From Anaeramoeba ignava BMAN (lineage: Eukaryota > Protista > Anaeramoebae), in NCBI GenBank assembly GCA_028826165.1, contig JAPDFW010000136.1:372001-436000 (forward strand): a stretch of 64,000 nucleotides of DNA. The letters run 5' to 3'. Below, in pieces: positions 13,001 to 27,713 of this stretch (within the stretch, counting starts at the first letter, position 1; each line of letters starts with the position of its first letter). The notes under the pieces were generated by a model, which was not told the origin of the DNA, did not search any database, and saw nothing but the letters and a program-made list of their open reading frames with translations. The position numbers and the translations under genes are program-made.

Positions 13001-16000
13001 ATGACAATAATAATAATAATCTCAGCAAATTATATTCTCGATTCTCAACAAAATCAGGAGTTCAAGTTTTTCTTGGAGTTGTTATTAAATTGGAATTTAC
13101 AGAGATTGTTTCCTCTCTTCTTTTTTTTGTTTTAACAGGAAATGACTTAAGAATTCAGAAAATAGAAAAACAAGCAGAAGCTCCAAGAATTAACAATATA
13201 TATTTCCTTCAAGTTTTGTTCCATATGATCCATCAATCTCGAAATGAAATCGGAGTTGCATCAATGAAAATTCTTTTATGGTTGTTCAAAAAAAACAAAT
13301 CAAATCGAGATATTGTCATTCAACAACCAAATTGGCCACAAATATTTTTATATTCCTTTTCATTTGATGCATTAAAATATTCTTTTGAAAATCAAAATCA
13401 AAATCAAAATCTAAATCAAAATCAAAATGAAAATCAATACACTTCAAAAATCAATGAATATATTTTCAAGTTATTTGGATTAATTCTTGTACCTTTATTA
13501 TTAGAAAATGATATTTTCATTCAACAATTAGAAAAGGTTCTTCTCTCAATCAAACTATTTTGCATTAAAACTCAAAAAGCAAAAGATATTGTAACTAAAC
13601 CATTTTTTAAATCAATTTTGAAAATATTTGACAAAAAAATAAAAGCAGCTATCCAAGAAGAATTAGAACAAATAGATGATCAAGAGAAAAATCAAAATCA
13701 ATTGAAATTACAAGCAATTTCCAAATTGAAAAGCAATCCAAATTTCTTTGTAAATTTCCAACATTTGATTAAATTTATTGGATATTACACACTTTTTATT
13801 GAGAAAGAAGTAAAAGCCAAATTAAAAACCAATCCAATATTGGATGAATTCAAAAAGAAAGGAATTCTTATAGCACCACTCAGGACTTCACAATCATTTG
13901 GAAATGATACACCAAAATTTCATGAAATTAATACAAGAAAATCTCGTTCACTTTCAAGAAGAAATTCCTTTTCTAAACTTGTGAAACAAAAGGGAGAAGA
14001 TGAAAAAGAAATGAAAAGACAAGATTTTCATTTGGAAAAATATTACAGAAAAATATCCAAAACAAAGAAATGGGAAGATGAAGATTTGGTAATTGAACTT
14101 TTGAATGTAATTAAAAAAATGAATCTTTTGGAAGATCACTTTATGTTTCAAAATAATCATTTATCCGAAAATAGTTACAATATAATTCTTCAATTTATAT
14201 TGATTTTGATTGAAAAATGTGATGAATTGGAATTAATTCAGTATGTTCAAGATCTCCAAAATTTACTTCTTTCTTTGTCTTATTCTGATTTTGTTTTTGA
14301 AAGTATGAATTCAAAAACTTTTGCAGGTGAAACTAAAGTACCACAATATAAAAGAAAAGGAATTTTAATTTCAATTTCAAAACTTTTTAAATTAACTATT
14401 TCTCAAACTATTAACAGAGATTTTAGTTTTGGGGATTTGAAAAAGTTATTTGAATCAGAAAAAGATACATTTCTTCAACAATATTATCAATATTTAGCTA
14501 TTGAAAGAGAAAGAAAAAACCAAAATAAAATTGAAAATAAAATTGAAAACAAAATTGAAAACAAAATTGAAAATAAAATTGAAAATAAAATTGAAAATAA
14601 AATTGAAAATCAAAATCAAAATCAAATTGAAAATAAAATTGAAAATAAAATTGAAAATAAAATTGAAAACAAAATTGAAAACAAAATTGAAAACAAAATT
14701 GAAAATAAAATTGAAAATCAAAATCAAAATCAAATTGAAAACAAAATTGAAAACAAAATTGAAAATCAAAATCAAAATCAAATTGAAAACAAAATTGAAA
14801 ATCAAAATCAAAATAAAAAATTTTTACAAGATCAACCAACCAAACATGAAACAATAATATCTTTCATCCAGGTTATATTTAGAGATTGTTGGCCATATTT
14901 AGCTGATATTTTTCAAGAAAATAATGGTGAATTGATTCTTAAATCATTAGAAGTTAACTCAATATTAACATCATTTATTTTATATAAATATCATCTCAAT
15001 GAAAATGAAAAATGGAAAATCATTTTGAATGAAAAAATATATCCAGAATATCCAAGATTTATCAAGCAAAGACAAGAAGAAAAAATTACACAAATTATAG
15101 AATTCAGTGAAAAAATGGAAAATATGAAAATAAATGAAGAAAATGAAATGAAGGAATTTTTTCTCAAATGCGGAGAAATTCAAGTGAGTATTGAAGAATG
15201 GATTGGAAGGATGATGAATGAAGAAAAACAAAGAATTAAGCACAACTATTCGGAATATCTTCGAAAAAAAGGATATGTTCAAAAGAAATGGCGAGAAATA
15301 TTGCGAAGTCTTACTAACGAAAGAGGTCCTTGGGGAAATCAAAATCAAGAACAAGAACAAGAAAAGCATTGGAAACTTGATAAAACTGAAGACAATTCAA
15401 GAAGAAGGAAAAAAATGAAAATCAATTATCATTTTGATTCACATTTTGAAGCCTCAATAAGGAGAGATAAAGGAACGCAAACAGAAATGGAACGTTTAAT
15501 CCAGGAATATCAAGAGAAAATCAAAATTAGCGAGAAGTTCAAGTCAATCACATCAGGAATTCAAATGATCCCAGAATATAATGCAAAGGAAAATCAAAAT
15601 GAAAATGAAAATGAAAATGAAAATACTCAAAATTCTCAAGAAAATGATGATAGTTCAGAAAAACATGAAAATCAATTATATTCTCAATCACAACAATCTA
15701 ATCAAATGAATACCAGAGAATCAACACAAAAAAAAGAAGAAGTTATTTTTCATGGTCATTTTGAAATGATTAAACCTCTTTCCATTTTAAAAGGAGTTTT
15801 AGAGATCTCAGGAAGATTGATGAAGTTTTATGTCTATTCGAAATACGAATCTTCTTACTCAATGGAGAAAAAATCAAGTAAAGATGAGGTTTCAGAAAAT
15901 CAAAGCATTGAAAGCAACGAAACTAATGGTAATAATGATATTAATGAAAATGAAAGCGAAGATGAATTTAAAATTCCAGTCAAAATTTATACCTGGGAAA

Positions 16001-18813
16001 TTGACAATATCCAAGAAATTTATAAACGAAGATATTTATTAAGACAATCTGCACTGGAATTCTTTATGATTGATCATACAAATTTCTTTGTAAATTTTGA
16101 TTCAGATTATCGTGATTTAGTTTTCCATAAAATTATTGAAATGAAACCTGAAAATTTATCATTTCAAAATATTCAAACTTCAAAAAGAATATTCAAGCAA
16201 TCACAAGTAATGCAACAATGGCAACGCCGTCAATTATCTAATTTTGAATATTTAGTTAAATTGAATACAATCGCAGGTCGTTCTTATAATGATATTTCTC
16301 AATATCCTATTTTTCCATGGATTTTATCAAATTATGAAAGTGAAAATATTGATCTTTCAGATCCAAAAAATTATCGAAATCTTTCACTTCCTGTTGGAGC
16401 ATTAAATCAAAAAAGAGTTATTGAATTGGATCAAAGATATAATGAACTTAAAAATTCTGAAATACCACCATTCCATTATGGATCTCATTATTCTAGTTCA
16501 GGTAAATAATATAATTTAAAAAATTAAATTAAAATTTGAATTTAAAAAATTTGAATTAAAAAATTTGAATTTAAAAAATTTGGAATTAAAAAATTTGGAA
16601 TAAAAAATTTGAATTAAAAAATTTGAATTTAAAAAATTTGAATTAAAAAATTTGGAATTAAAAATTTGGAATTTAAAAAATTTAATTAAAAAATTTGAAA
16701 TTTAAAAATTTGGATTTAAAAAATTTGATTTAAAAAATTTGGAATTTAAAAAATTTGGATTAAAAAAATGAATTAAAAAATTTGAATTAAAAAATTTGAA
16801 ATTAAAAAAATTTGATTTAAAAAATTTGAATTTAAAAAATTTGAAATTAAAAAATTTGGATTAAAAAATTTGGATTAAAAAATTTGGAATTAAAATTTGA
16901 ATTTAAAAAATTTATTAGGAATTGTCCTCTTTTACTTAATTCGCCTTGAGCCTTTTACAACCCTCAGTATAAAACTTCAGGGAGGAAAATTTGATTGGGC
17001 AGATCGGTTATTCGCATCAATAGAAGAATCATGGAGACATTCATATTATGAAGTTTCTGATGTCAAAGAACTAATTCCCGAATTTTTTTATTTACCCGAA
17101 TTTTTATACAACTCAAATAACTTTGATTTTGGAAAAAAACAATCAAAAGAAAAAATCCATGATTGTATTCTTCCTCCATGGGCAAAAACAGCAGAAGATT
17201 TCATAAGAATCAACAAAGAAGCACTTGAAAGTGATTATGTTTCTGAACACTTGAATGAATGGATTGATTTGATTTTTGGATACAAACAAAGAGGAAAAGC
17301 AGCAGTTGAAGCAAGAAATGTTTTTTATTATCTCACTTATGAAGACATGTGCAAAATTGATGATATTAAAGATCCGGATCAACGGAAAGCAATAGTTTCA
17401 CAAATTGAAAATTTCGGACAAACTCCAACTCAATTACTTACTAAACCACATGCAAAACGTTATTCAAGACACGATATTTTGGAACTTATGTATAGATCAA
17501 CAATTTATCGAAGAATCAAAGAGGTTATGAATATTCAAGCCTTTGTTTTGAAGGTTATTTCGGATCCAATCGTTTTTATCGCAATTTCAAAAGTGGATGA
17601 AATTGTTTCTTTTCTTGGAATTCCTGACCAAGTTATTCTTGTTGATTCCAAAAGAAATATTTTGATAAATTCATGGGTTGTTACAAATTCAACTTCGAAC
17701 CAAAAAACATCAGAAATGGATTCAAGAGATTTTTTTGATTTGGATCAAGATTTTAACGATTTTCGTACTGAAAGCAATAAAAACAAAATTAAAAATCAAA
17801 ATCAAAATCAAAATCAAAATCAAAATCAAAATCAAAATGAAAATTTAAATCAAAATCAAATTCAAAATTTAAATCAAAATCAAATTCAAAATCAAAATCA
17901 AAATCAAAATCAAAATCAAAATCAAAATTTAAATTCACCCGATCTATCAAGAAAAAATAAACCAAATAAAACAAAAGAAACACAAGAAATACCCCAATTC
18001 ACATTCGAACCTGATCCTTTACTCTACAAAAGACCCAAAATTGGGGTTACATTTGATCATGAAATCAAATTTTTCCAGAATTGTTTGACAACAACAGAAA
18101 ACCAAAAATTATTAATCAGTTGTGGATTTTGGGATGATAGCTTCAAATTAACAAATCTGGAAAACATGCAATTAATCCAAAGTAACAGAAAACACAAGGA
18201 TATTGTGACCTGCTTGAAGTTTGAGCGCGGAATATTAGTAACAGGTTCCAGAGACACAACTGTAATTATCTGGAAATTCAACACAAAAATTGGGCAATTT
18301 AATCAAGAACCAATAAATATTCTTTATGGACATGATGATGAAGTAAACTGCGTCGATATGAGCATTAATTTGGATGTTGTTGTCTCTGGTTCAAAAGATG
18401 GAACAGTTATTATTCATAGTTTGAATCAAGGAAAATATGTCAGATCCATTTTCGATCCACAAAAAAATCCTATTGATTTACTTTCACTTTCTTCTGAAGG
18501 ACATATTGTTATGTTTTCTGAGAAAACTTCAACACTTTCTGTTTATTCAATTAATGCAAAATTGTTATGTTCCAAAAAATTGGTTTCAAATTTAACTTGT
18601 TGGACTATTTCAAAAGATGCTGATTTTTTATTTATTGGAACCAAACAAGGAAATATCGATGTTTTATATCTTCATAATTTGAAACTTTTTCATTCTTTTG
18701 CTTTGACTAATTCCATTTCGGCAATTACTTTAAGTGAAAATGAAAGATATTTATTAGCTGGTCTTGATAATGGAGAATTAATTATTGGTTATTTTCTTTT
18801 TAATGAAATTTAA
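7027..18813 (+). CDS. Large BEACH-domain protein (neurobeachin/LRBA/LYST-like): helical region, ConA-like domain, PH, BEACH, WD40; multi-exon with one frame break near 12995
   Basis: WPQKGYSFCTWIRFE and KWYFVSIIH (ConA-like); IYKRRYLLRQSALEFF (PH); WQRRQLSNFEYLVKLNTIAGRSYNDISQYPIFPW, HYGSHYSS, DVKELIPEFFY, NFGQTPTQL (BEACH); VTGSRDTTVIIW and GHDDEV (WD40). Intron 16502..16918. The 5' exons (7027-9700) are less certain. Confidence 0.9.
16520..16915. repeat. Intronic ~15-bp satellite (aaaaaatttgaattt)
   Basis: Tandem degenerate copies fill the BEACH-domain intron. Confidence 0.85.
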
Positions 18814-19079
18814 ATTGTTTTTGTTTTTTATTTAAAAAAGAATTTTTCAGTTTTTTCCTTTTATTATTAATTATTATTATTGAATGAAAAAAAAATTAAT
18901 CAAAAAGAAAAAAAAAGAAAATTGAAGAAGAAATTAAAAAAAAAAGAAAGAAAATGAATTCAAATTATTATTAAATTCTTTTTTTTTTGGAATTGAAAAA
19001 AAAAATTAAATGTTTTCCGAATTAATTTTGAAAATAGTTTTTGAATTTTTTGATTTTTTGAATTTTTGATTTTTTTGAT

Positions 19080-20712
19080 TTAATCACTATTTTCAGAAGA
19101 TTCAGTACTTGTACTTTCTTTACCACTTTTCTTGTCACTTTCTTTATCAGAACTTTTCTTGTCACTTTCATTATCAGAACTTTTCTTCTTTTCATCATCA
19201 CTTTGTTTATCACTTTTCTTTTCATTTTCATTTTCACTTTCTTTATCAGAACTTTTCTTGTCACTTTCTTTATCACTAATTTTATCTTTTTCATCATCAC
19301 TTTCTTTTTCTTTTTTTTTGATTAAAGAATCAGGCAAATAATCAGGCAAGTTATCAATTTCTTGCATTTGTTTGTTTAACTTTTCGTTTCTTGTTTTGTA
19401 ATATTCAATTTCTTTTTCCGTTAAAGAAATTAATGCTCTTTTTGTTGTTTGTAATTGAAAATTTTTGAAATCTTTTGCCGCTTCAATTTTTTCCAAATTT
19501 GCTTTTTTAACTTCTTTTGAAAGTTGTTTTAATCGGTCTTCTCGTTTTTCAATATCTTGTTTTATTTGTTCCATTTTTTGTTCTGGAACTTTCCCTTCTG
19601 ATCTGTCTTTTGTTGCTTTCGCTTTTTTTAATCCTTGATCTTCATTGTTATATTGTTGTTCTTTTGATTTTGCTTGAAGTGAAACTGCAATATATTCTCG
19701 ATATTTGGCTAGAATTGATCTTTTTATTTAATTTTTATTTTATTAATTATTTAATAAATTATTTTATTAATTATTTTATAAATTATTTTATAAATTATTT
19801 TATAAATTATTTTATAAATTATTTAATAAATTATTTTATAAATTATTTTATAAATTATTTTATTAATTAATAAATTATTTTATTAATTATTTTATAAATT
19901 ATAAATTTTTTTTAATTATTTTTAAATTATTTAATAAATTATTTTATAAATTATTTAATAAATTATTTTATAAATTATTTTATAAATTATTTAATTAAAT
20001 AATTATTTTATAAATTATTTTTATAAATTATTTTTATAAATTTTATTTTATAAAATTTTTTTATAAATTAAATTATTTTATTTATTTTATAAATTATTTT
20101 ATAAATTATTTTATAAATTATTTTTAAATAAATTATTTTTTTATTAATTATTTTATAAATTATTTTATAAATTGTTTTATAAATTGTTTTATAAATTTTT
20201 CATTAAATTTTTCATTTAATTTTTCATTTAATTTTTCATTTAATTTTCGCAATAAGAATTTGTTTTTTACTGTAATGTTTGAATAAAATCTGAATATGAA
20301 CGAATTAATTCACTATCTTCACCATTTTTTTCATTTGTTTCTGCCCAAATTTTAGGTCTAAAAATAATTTAAAAAAAAACAACAAAATTTTTTTTAAATT
20401 ATTTTTTTTTCTAATTTAAAATGTAAAAATATATAATTTTACAAAAATTCTTTAATTATTTTTTCATCTACACTTTTTTCCCATACATCTCCATATTTAA
20501 TTATATTCATGTTTTGCTTAATAATTGTTTGAATAGAACTGTTTAATTTTTGTTTTTCATTCTTTATTTTTTATTTTTTATTTTATTTTTTATTTTTGGA
20601 TTAATTTTTTTCTTTTTGATTAAATTTTTTTTTATTTCAAAAAATTTACAATAAAAATTTGAAGTTCTTTTAAAGGTTTTATATCTTTAATTGATTCAAC
20701 TTTTAAAGTCAT
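19080..20712 (-). CDS. Helical coiled-coil protein, possibly BAR-like, with S/D/K-rich tail; multi-exon
   Basis: ATG at 20712 (MTLKVESIKDIKPLKELQIF). Short exons with GT-AG ends lead into ORF 19080..19574 (DFKNFQLQTTKRALISLTEKEIEYYK resembles the last BAR helix). The fold call is inference. Confidence 0.5.
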
Positions 20713-21096
20713 TTTTATTGAATTTAGTTATTAATTTTAACTAGAAAAAAAAGAAAAAAAATGTGTAAAAAAAAAATGAAAAAATTTTTTTTGCTTTTTT
20801 TTTAAATTAAAATTAAAAGGAGAAAAAATAAAATTTTTTTTTAATATTTTCTCCTTTTTATTTTTTAAATTAAAATTAAATTAAAAATGATCATTTTTTT
20901 TTCATTTTTTTTCATTTTTTTTCTTTTAAAATAATTCTTTATTCTTTTTTTTTTTAACGCAAAAAAAACAACAACAAAATCAATCAAAATTAAAATCAAA
21001 ATTAAAATCAAAATCAAAATCAAAATCAAAAACAAAATCATTTTCAATTTATAATTATATTTAAAATTCTTATTAAAATTACACATAAACAATAAA

Positions 21097-24000
21097 ATGT
21101 CTAAAATTGATGAAATAATAAAAGCAGAATTTGAACAAATTCAAAAAAGAAGAAGAGAAGAAGAATTAAAAATCAAAATCAAAATCAAAATCAAAATCAA
21201 CTTCAAAATCTAAAAATGATAAAAATGATAAAAATGATAAAAAAGAATTTAATTTTGAAAACAAACAAACAAAAACAACAACAAGACGAACAAATACAAA
21301 CCCAAAAAAACAAAATAATTCAAAAAAAAATCAAAATAAAAGTCAAAATAGAAATGATTCTGAAAATAAAAATATTCAAAATAACCATAATTCCAATCAA
21401 AGTAAGAATAAATTTTATTTTATTCAATTTTATTTTATTAAATTTATTTTATTAAATTTATTTTATTAAATTTATTTTATTAAATTTTATTTTATTCAAA
21501 TTTATTTTATTAAAATTTATTTTATTCAATTTTATTTTATTAAATTTATTTTATTAAATTTATTTTATTAAATTTATTTTATTAAATTTATTTTATTAAA
21601 TTTATTTTATTAAAATTTATTTTATTAAATTTATTAAATTTATTTTATTAAATTATTTTTAATTTTTATTTTAATTTTTTATTTTTAAATTTTATTTTAT
21701 TAAATTTTTAAATTTATTTATTATATTAAATTTATTTTATTAAATTTATTTTATTTAAATTTATTTTATTAAATTTTTTATTAAATTTTTATTATTTAAA
21801 TTTATTTTATTTTTATTTATTTTATTAAATTTATTTTATTTAAATTTATTTTATTAAATTTATTTTATTTAATTTTTAAATTTATTTTATTAAATTTATT
21901 TTATTTAATTTTTATTAAATTTATTTTATTAAATTTATTTTATTAAATTTATTTTATTAAATTTATTTTATTAATTTTATTTTATTAAATTTATTTTATT
22001 TAATTTTATTTTATTAAATTTATTTTATTAATTTTATTTTATTCATTTTTATTTTATTAATTTTATTTTATTAAATTTAATTTATTAAATTTGTTTAAAA
22101 GATATCCCTGATCCAATTATTAACAAAAAACCAACAAGAGTTAAAAGTTTTGTTAAATTGAAAAAAAATCATTCTTTTGTTCCAACAAATCCATCAGAAA
22201 AAATTCGAGAAAAATTAATTGAATTAGGAATTCTTGATCCAGATTCAAAACAAGAACTAACATCAAATTTTCTTTCTGAAAAATTATCGCTTGAAAATAG
22301 ATCAGAATCTATAAAGGAACAAAACCCAAAAAAAGAAATAGTTCTTTATGATGATTATTATGGAACTCCTACTGATATTAAATCTGTTAAAGATATTGTT
22401 TTTCAATTTGAAAAAACAAAAAGCAATCCAAATATTGAATTTTCTCCTCCAATTCAAAAAAGTCAACCTATAAATAACAAAAAAATAGCAAAGCAAAGTT
22501 CACTTCAAGATTCAAAAATTTATCAAAATCAAAATCAAAATCAAAACCAAAATCAAAATAATATAAAATCACCACAAATAAAACCAGAAATTCTATTAAA
22601 ACTTCAAAATAAACTCGAAGAAGACCAAATTTCAGAAAATGATGATTCTCAAATTCTTGATAATTTCCAAAAAATTCTTGCTGAATATATTACTGATGAA
22701 AATGAAAATCAACAAATTAAAGAACAAAATGATCTAAATGATGAAAAATCAAAAAATAACAAAAAAGAAAACAAAGATTCAATTTTGGATGAATTTACAA
22801 AAGGAATTGAAGAACATTTAAAAGATGATAATAAAAAACATAAAAATCAAAATCAAAGAAAAATAACAAAAAAGAAAATAAAGATTCAATTTTGGATGAA
22901 TTTACAAAAGGAATTGAAGAACATTTAAAAGATGATAATAAAAAACATAAAAATTCTAAATCAAGGAATAATGATAAAAAAGAAAATAAAGATTCAATTT
23001 TGGATGAATTTACAAAAGGAATTGAAGAACATTTAAAAGATGATAATAAAAAACATAAAAATCAAAAATCAAAGAAAAATAATGATAAAAAAGAAAATAA
23101 AGATTCAATTTTGGATGAATTTACAAAAGGAATTGAAGAACATTTAAAAGATGATAATAAAAAACATAAAAATTCAAAATCAAGGAAAAATAACAAAAAA
23201 GAAAATAAAGACTCAATTTTGGATGAATTTACAAAAGGAATTGAAGAAAATTTAAAAGATGATAATAAAAAACATAAAAATTCAAAATCAAGGAAAAATA
23301 ACAAAAAAGAAAATAAAGATTCAATTTTGGATGAATTCACAAAAGGAATTGAAGAAAATTTAAAAGATGATAATAAAAAACATAAAAATCAAAAACCAAA
23401 GAAAAATAATGATAAAAAAGAAAATAAAACAGATATTCCTAATCAAGAAACTAAAAATAAAATAGAAAATCAAGTTAAAGAAAAGGATGAAGATATAAAA
23501 CTAGAAGATATGTTAGAAAAGGAAAAAAAAGAAATTGAACTCAGACTAAAATCAATTTTGGGAAAAGATTATTCTCCAAAATCCAATAATCAGATTTCAA
23601 TTCCCAAAAAAATGGAAATGAAAAAAGAAGAACCTAAAGAGACTGAATCAAAAAAAGAAGAAGATAAAGAGATTGAACTAAAAAAAGAAGAACCAAAACC
23701 GAAAAAATTAGTTACTCAAGCAACTGCATTAATTAATTATACTGCAAAAAGAGATGTTGAATTGTCTTTCAAAAAAGGAGATATTATTACTGTTCTTGAG
23801 AAATCGTCAACTGGATGGTGGCAAGGAATAACAAAAAATGGAGAAATTGGTATTTTTCTTTCTGTATTTGCTTCTGTTAAAGAAATGTTAATAGATGATG
23901 ATGGTTCAGATTCTTTTGAAAATAAAAAAAATAATATAAATGATGAACAAATAAAAACGAAAGAAAATCAAGATCAAAATCCAAATAAAGAAAATTCAGA

Positions 24001-27000
24001 TGATGAAGATATTTATGAAATTGAAGAAATTAAAGAAAATCCAAATAAAGAAAATCCAGATGATGAAGATGATGAAGATATTTATGAAATTGAAGAAATT
24101 AAAGAAAATCCAAATAAAGAAAATTCAGATGATGAAGATGATGAAGATATTTACGAAATTGAAGAAATTAAAGAAAATCCAAATAAAGAAAATTCAGATA
24201 ATGAAGATGATGAAGATATTTATGAAATTGAAGAAATTAAAGAAAATCCAAATAAACAAAATTCAGACGATGAAGATGATGAAGATATTTATGAAATTGA
24301 AGAAATTAAAGAAGATCCAAATAAACAAAATTCAGATAATGAAGATGATGAAGATATTTATGAAATTGAAGAAATTAAAGAAAATCCAAATAAACAAAAT
24401 TCAGATGATGAAGATAATGAAGATGATGAAATTGAAGAAATTAAAGAAAATCCAAATAAACAAAATTCAGATAATGAAGATGATGAAGATATTTATGAAA
24501 TTGAAGAAATTAAAGAAAATCCAAATAAACAAAATTCAGATAATGAAGATGATGAAATTGAAGAAATTAAAGAAGATCCAAATAAACAAAATTCAGATAA
24601 TGAAGATGATGAAGATATTTACGAAATTAAAGAAATTAAAGAAAATCCAAATAAACAAAATTCAGATGATGAAGATGATGAAGATGTTTATGAAATTGAA
24701 GAAATTAAAGAAGATCCAAATAAAGAAAATCCAAATAAACAAAATTCAGATGATGAAGATGATGAAATTGAAGAAATTAAAGAAAATCCAAATAAACAAA
24801 ATTCAGATGATGAAGATGATGAAGATATTTATGAAATTGAAGAAATTAAAGAAAATCCAGATAATGAAGATGATGAAGATATTTATGAAATTGAAGAAAT
24901 TAAAGAAAATCCAAATAAACAAAATTCAGATGATGAAGATGATGAAGATATTTATGAAATTGAAGAAATTAAAGATGATAAACAAAATATAGATAATGAA
25001 GATGATGAAAGCGAAGATGAAAGCGAAGATGAATATGATGAGCATCAAAATGATATTAAAGCAATTGTTATTGAAAATTATAAAGGAGTTAATGATTCTG
25101 AAATTTCTTTAACAAAGGGAGATATTGTTTATATTTATGGAGATCTTGGACAAGGATGGGCTCAAGGAGAAACTAAAGATGGAATCATAGGAAAATTTCC
25201 TTTAAAATATGTAGAATATATTGACAAAACACAAGATATCACAAATAAAGAACTAAATGATCAAATCACAAAGGAAACAACATATAACACCACAAGCAAA
25301 AAATCCAAACACAAAAAAGAACGCCAAAAAATAACGGAAACTTATGAAAATTATGAAGATTACGATCCAGATTTGGATCATGAAAACGATCCAAAAGTTC
25401 GAGCTTTATCAGACTATACTCCACAAAGAGATAATGAATTATCATATAAACAAGGCGATATTCTTTATGTCACTGGCCAAAGTGAAGTTGGTTGGTGGCA
25501 AGGAGAAACAAGAGATGGTCTTATTGGTATTTTTCATTCTCAAAATTTTGAAGTTGTAGATGAGGCTTCAAGAATCAATTTAAATAAATTCCAGGAAATT
25601 TCTGGTTTTGAAATTATTCCTGTTGAAATTCCAGATCAGGTTTCAACTCCTGATCATTTATCGAATCCAGATCAATCTCAAGAATCAAATCAAACACAAG
25701 ATCCAATATTATTTACATCAACGTATATGAATAATATTTAATTATAATATTTAATTATAATATTTAATTATAATATTTAATTATAATATTTAATTATAAT
25801 ATTTAATTATAATATTTAATTATAATATTTAATTATTACATTTATTTATAATATTTATTTATAATATTTATTTATAACATTTAATTATAATATTTATTTA
25901 TAATATTTAATTATTATATTTATTTATTATATTTATTTTTAACATTTGATAATAATATTTAATTATAACATTTACTTATTATATTTAATTATAATATTTA
26001 TTTATAATATTTAATTTTAATATTTATTTATTATATTTAATTATAATATTTAATTATAATATTTAATTATAATATTTATTTTATATTTATTTATTTTATA
26101 ATATTTATTTATAATATTTAATTATAATATTTTAATTTTAATATTTATTATATTTAATTATAATATTTAATTATAATATTTAATTATAATATTTAATTAT
26201 AATATTTAATTATTATAATATTTAATTATAATATTTATTTTATTTACATTTTATTTATTTAATTATTTATTTATAATATTTATTTATAATATTTATTTTA
26301 TAATATTTAATTTTAATATTTAATTTATTATATTTATTATGTTTTATTATATTTATTTATATATTTTTATTATAATATTTAATTTATAATATTTAATTTA
26401 TAATATTTAATTATAATATTTATTTTTATAATTTAATTATAATATTTATTTTTATTTATTTATAATATTTAATTATAATATTTATTTTTAATATTTATTT
26501 ATTATATTTATTTATAATATTTATTTATAACATTTATTTATTACATTTATTTATAATATTTAATTATAACATTTATTTATTATATTTAATTATAATATTT
26601 ATTTATAATATTTAATTATAATATTTAATTATAACATTTATTTATTATATTTAATTATAATATTTATTTATTATATTTAATTATAATATTTAATTTTAAT
26701 ATTTAATTTTAATATTTAATTATAATATTTAATTATTAGTTCAATTTATTCATATCAACCTCAATCAGAAACTGACTTAGATTTTGGGATTGGAGAAGAA
26801 ATTCAAATAATGGCACAAGATGATTCTGGTTGGTGGTATGGAAAAAATAAAAATCAAAAAAAAGGAATGTTTCCGTAAGTCAAATTTAAAATTAAAATTA
26901 AAATTAAAAATTAAAATTAAAATTAAAATCAAAATCAAAATTAAAATTAAAATTAAAACTAAAATTAATATTAATATTAAAATTAAAATTAAAATTAAAA

Positions 27001-27410
27001 TTAAAAATTAAAATTAAAATTAAAATTAAAATTAAAATTAAAATTAAAATTAAAATTAAAATTAAAATTAAAATTAAAATTAAAATTAAAATTAAAATTA
27101 AAATTAAAATTAATATTAAAATTAAAATTAAAATTAAAAATTCTTTAGAGGAAATCATTTAGAATATTTTCAAGATTTCCAAAGACTTGTTACAGAATCT
27201 CTTTTTATTCAAGAATTCCAAAAAAAATCACGTTGTATTGCTATTGATAATTATTTACCTCCAAAAAATTCAAAATCACAATTAAAAATTGAAATTGGTG
27301 ATATTTTTGAAATTATTTCTCCTCAAGAAAAAGGATGGATTTTGGTTAAAAATTTAAAAACAAATCAAGAAGGTTTTGTTCCTGAATCTTTTATTCAAGA
27401 ATTTTTGTAA
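21097..27410 (+). CDS. Adaptor protein with five SH3 domains and two internal tandem-repeat arrays; multi-exon, with apparent homopolymer frameshifts
   Basis: SH3 motifs: ALINYTAKRDVELSFKKGD..GWWQG; IENYKGVNDSEISLTKGD..GWAQG; ALSDYTPQRDNELSYKQGD..GWWQG; SIYSYQPQSETDLDFGIGE..GWWYG..GMFP; AIDNYLPP..GD..GWILV..GFVPESF. Introns 21402..22101 and 25723..26739, plus one at about 26876-27149. TAA at 27408-27410. Confidence 0.88.
21410..22090. repeat. Intronic 14-bp satellite (aaatttattttatt)
   Basis: Tandem units fill the first intron of the SH3 gene. Confidence 0.85.
22760..23430 (+). repeat. Coding tandem repeat, ~120-bp unit (KENKDSILDEFTKGIEEHLKDDNKKHKN...), about 6 copies
   Basis: Near-identical units visible in both DNA and translation. 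Confidence 0.9.
23980..24980 (+). repeat. Coding tandem repeat, ~60-69-bp unit (DDEDDEDIYEIEEIKENPNKQNS), about 15 copies
   Basis: Visible in ORF 22892..25741. Confidence 0.9.
25730..26735. repeat. Intronic 13-bp satellite (tataatatttaat)
   Basis: Tandem units fill intron 25723..26739. Confidence 0.85.
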
Positions 27411-27713
27411 TCAAAATCAAAATCAAAATCAAAATCAAAATCAAAATCAAATTCAAAATCAAAATCAAATTTAAATTCAAAATCAAAATCAAAATCAAAA
27501 TCAAAATCAAATTCAAAATCAAAATCAAAATCAAAATCAAAATCAAAATCAAAATTAAAATCAAAATCAAAATCAAATTCAAAATTCGTTTTGATGTTTC
27601 TTTTCTTTTCATTTCATTTTATTTTATTTTTTTTTTGTTCTTGATAATTTTGATGTTTTTTCATTTTTTTTCATTTTTTTTCATTTTTTTTCTTTTTCAA
27701 AAATAAAACAAAA

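Noticed and set aside
22840-22900. Frameshift between ORFs 22158..22928 and 22892..25741 as programmed frameshifting
   Set aside because: It falls in an A-run of a tandem repeat whose other copies are in frame, so a homopolymer sequencing error is most likely.
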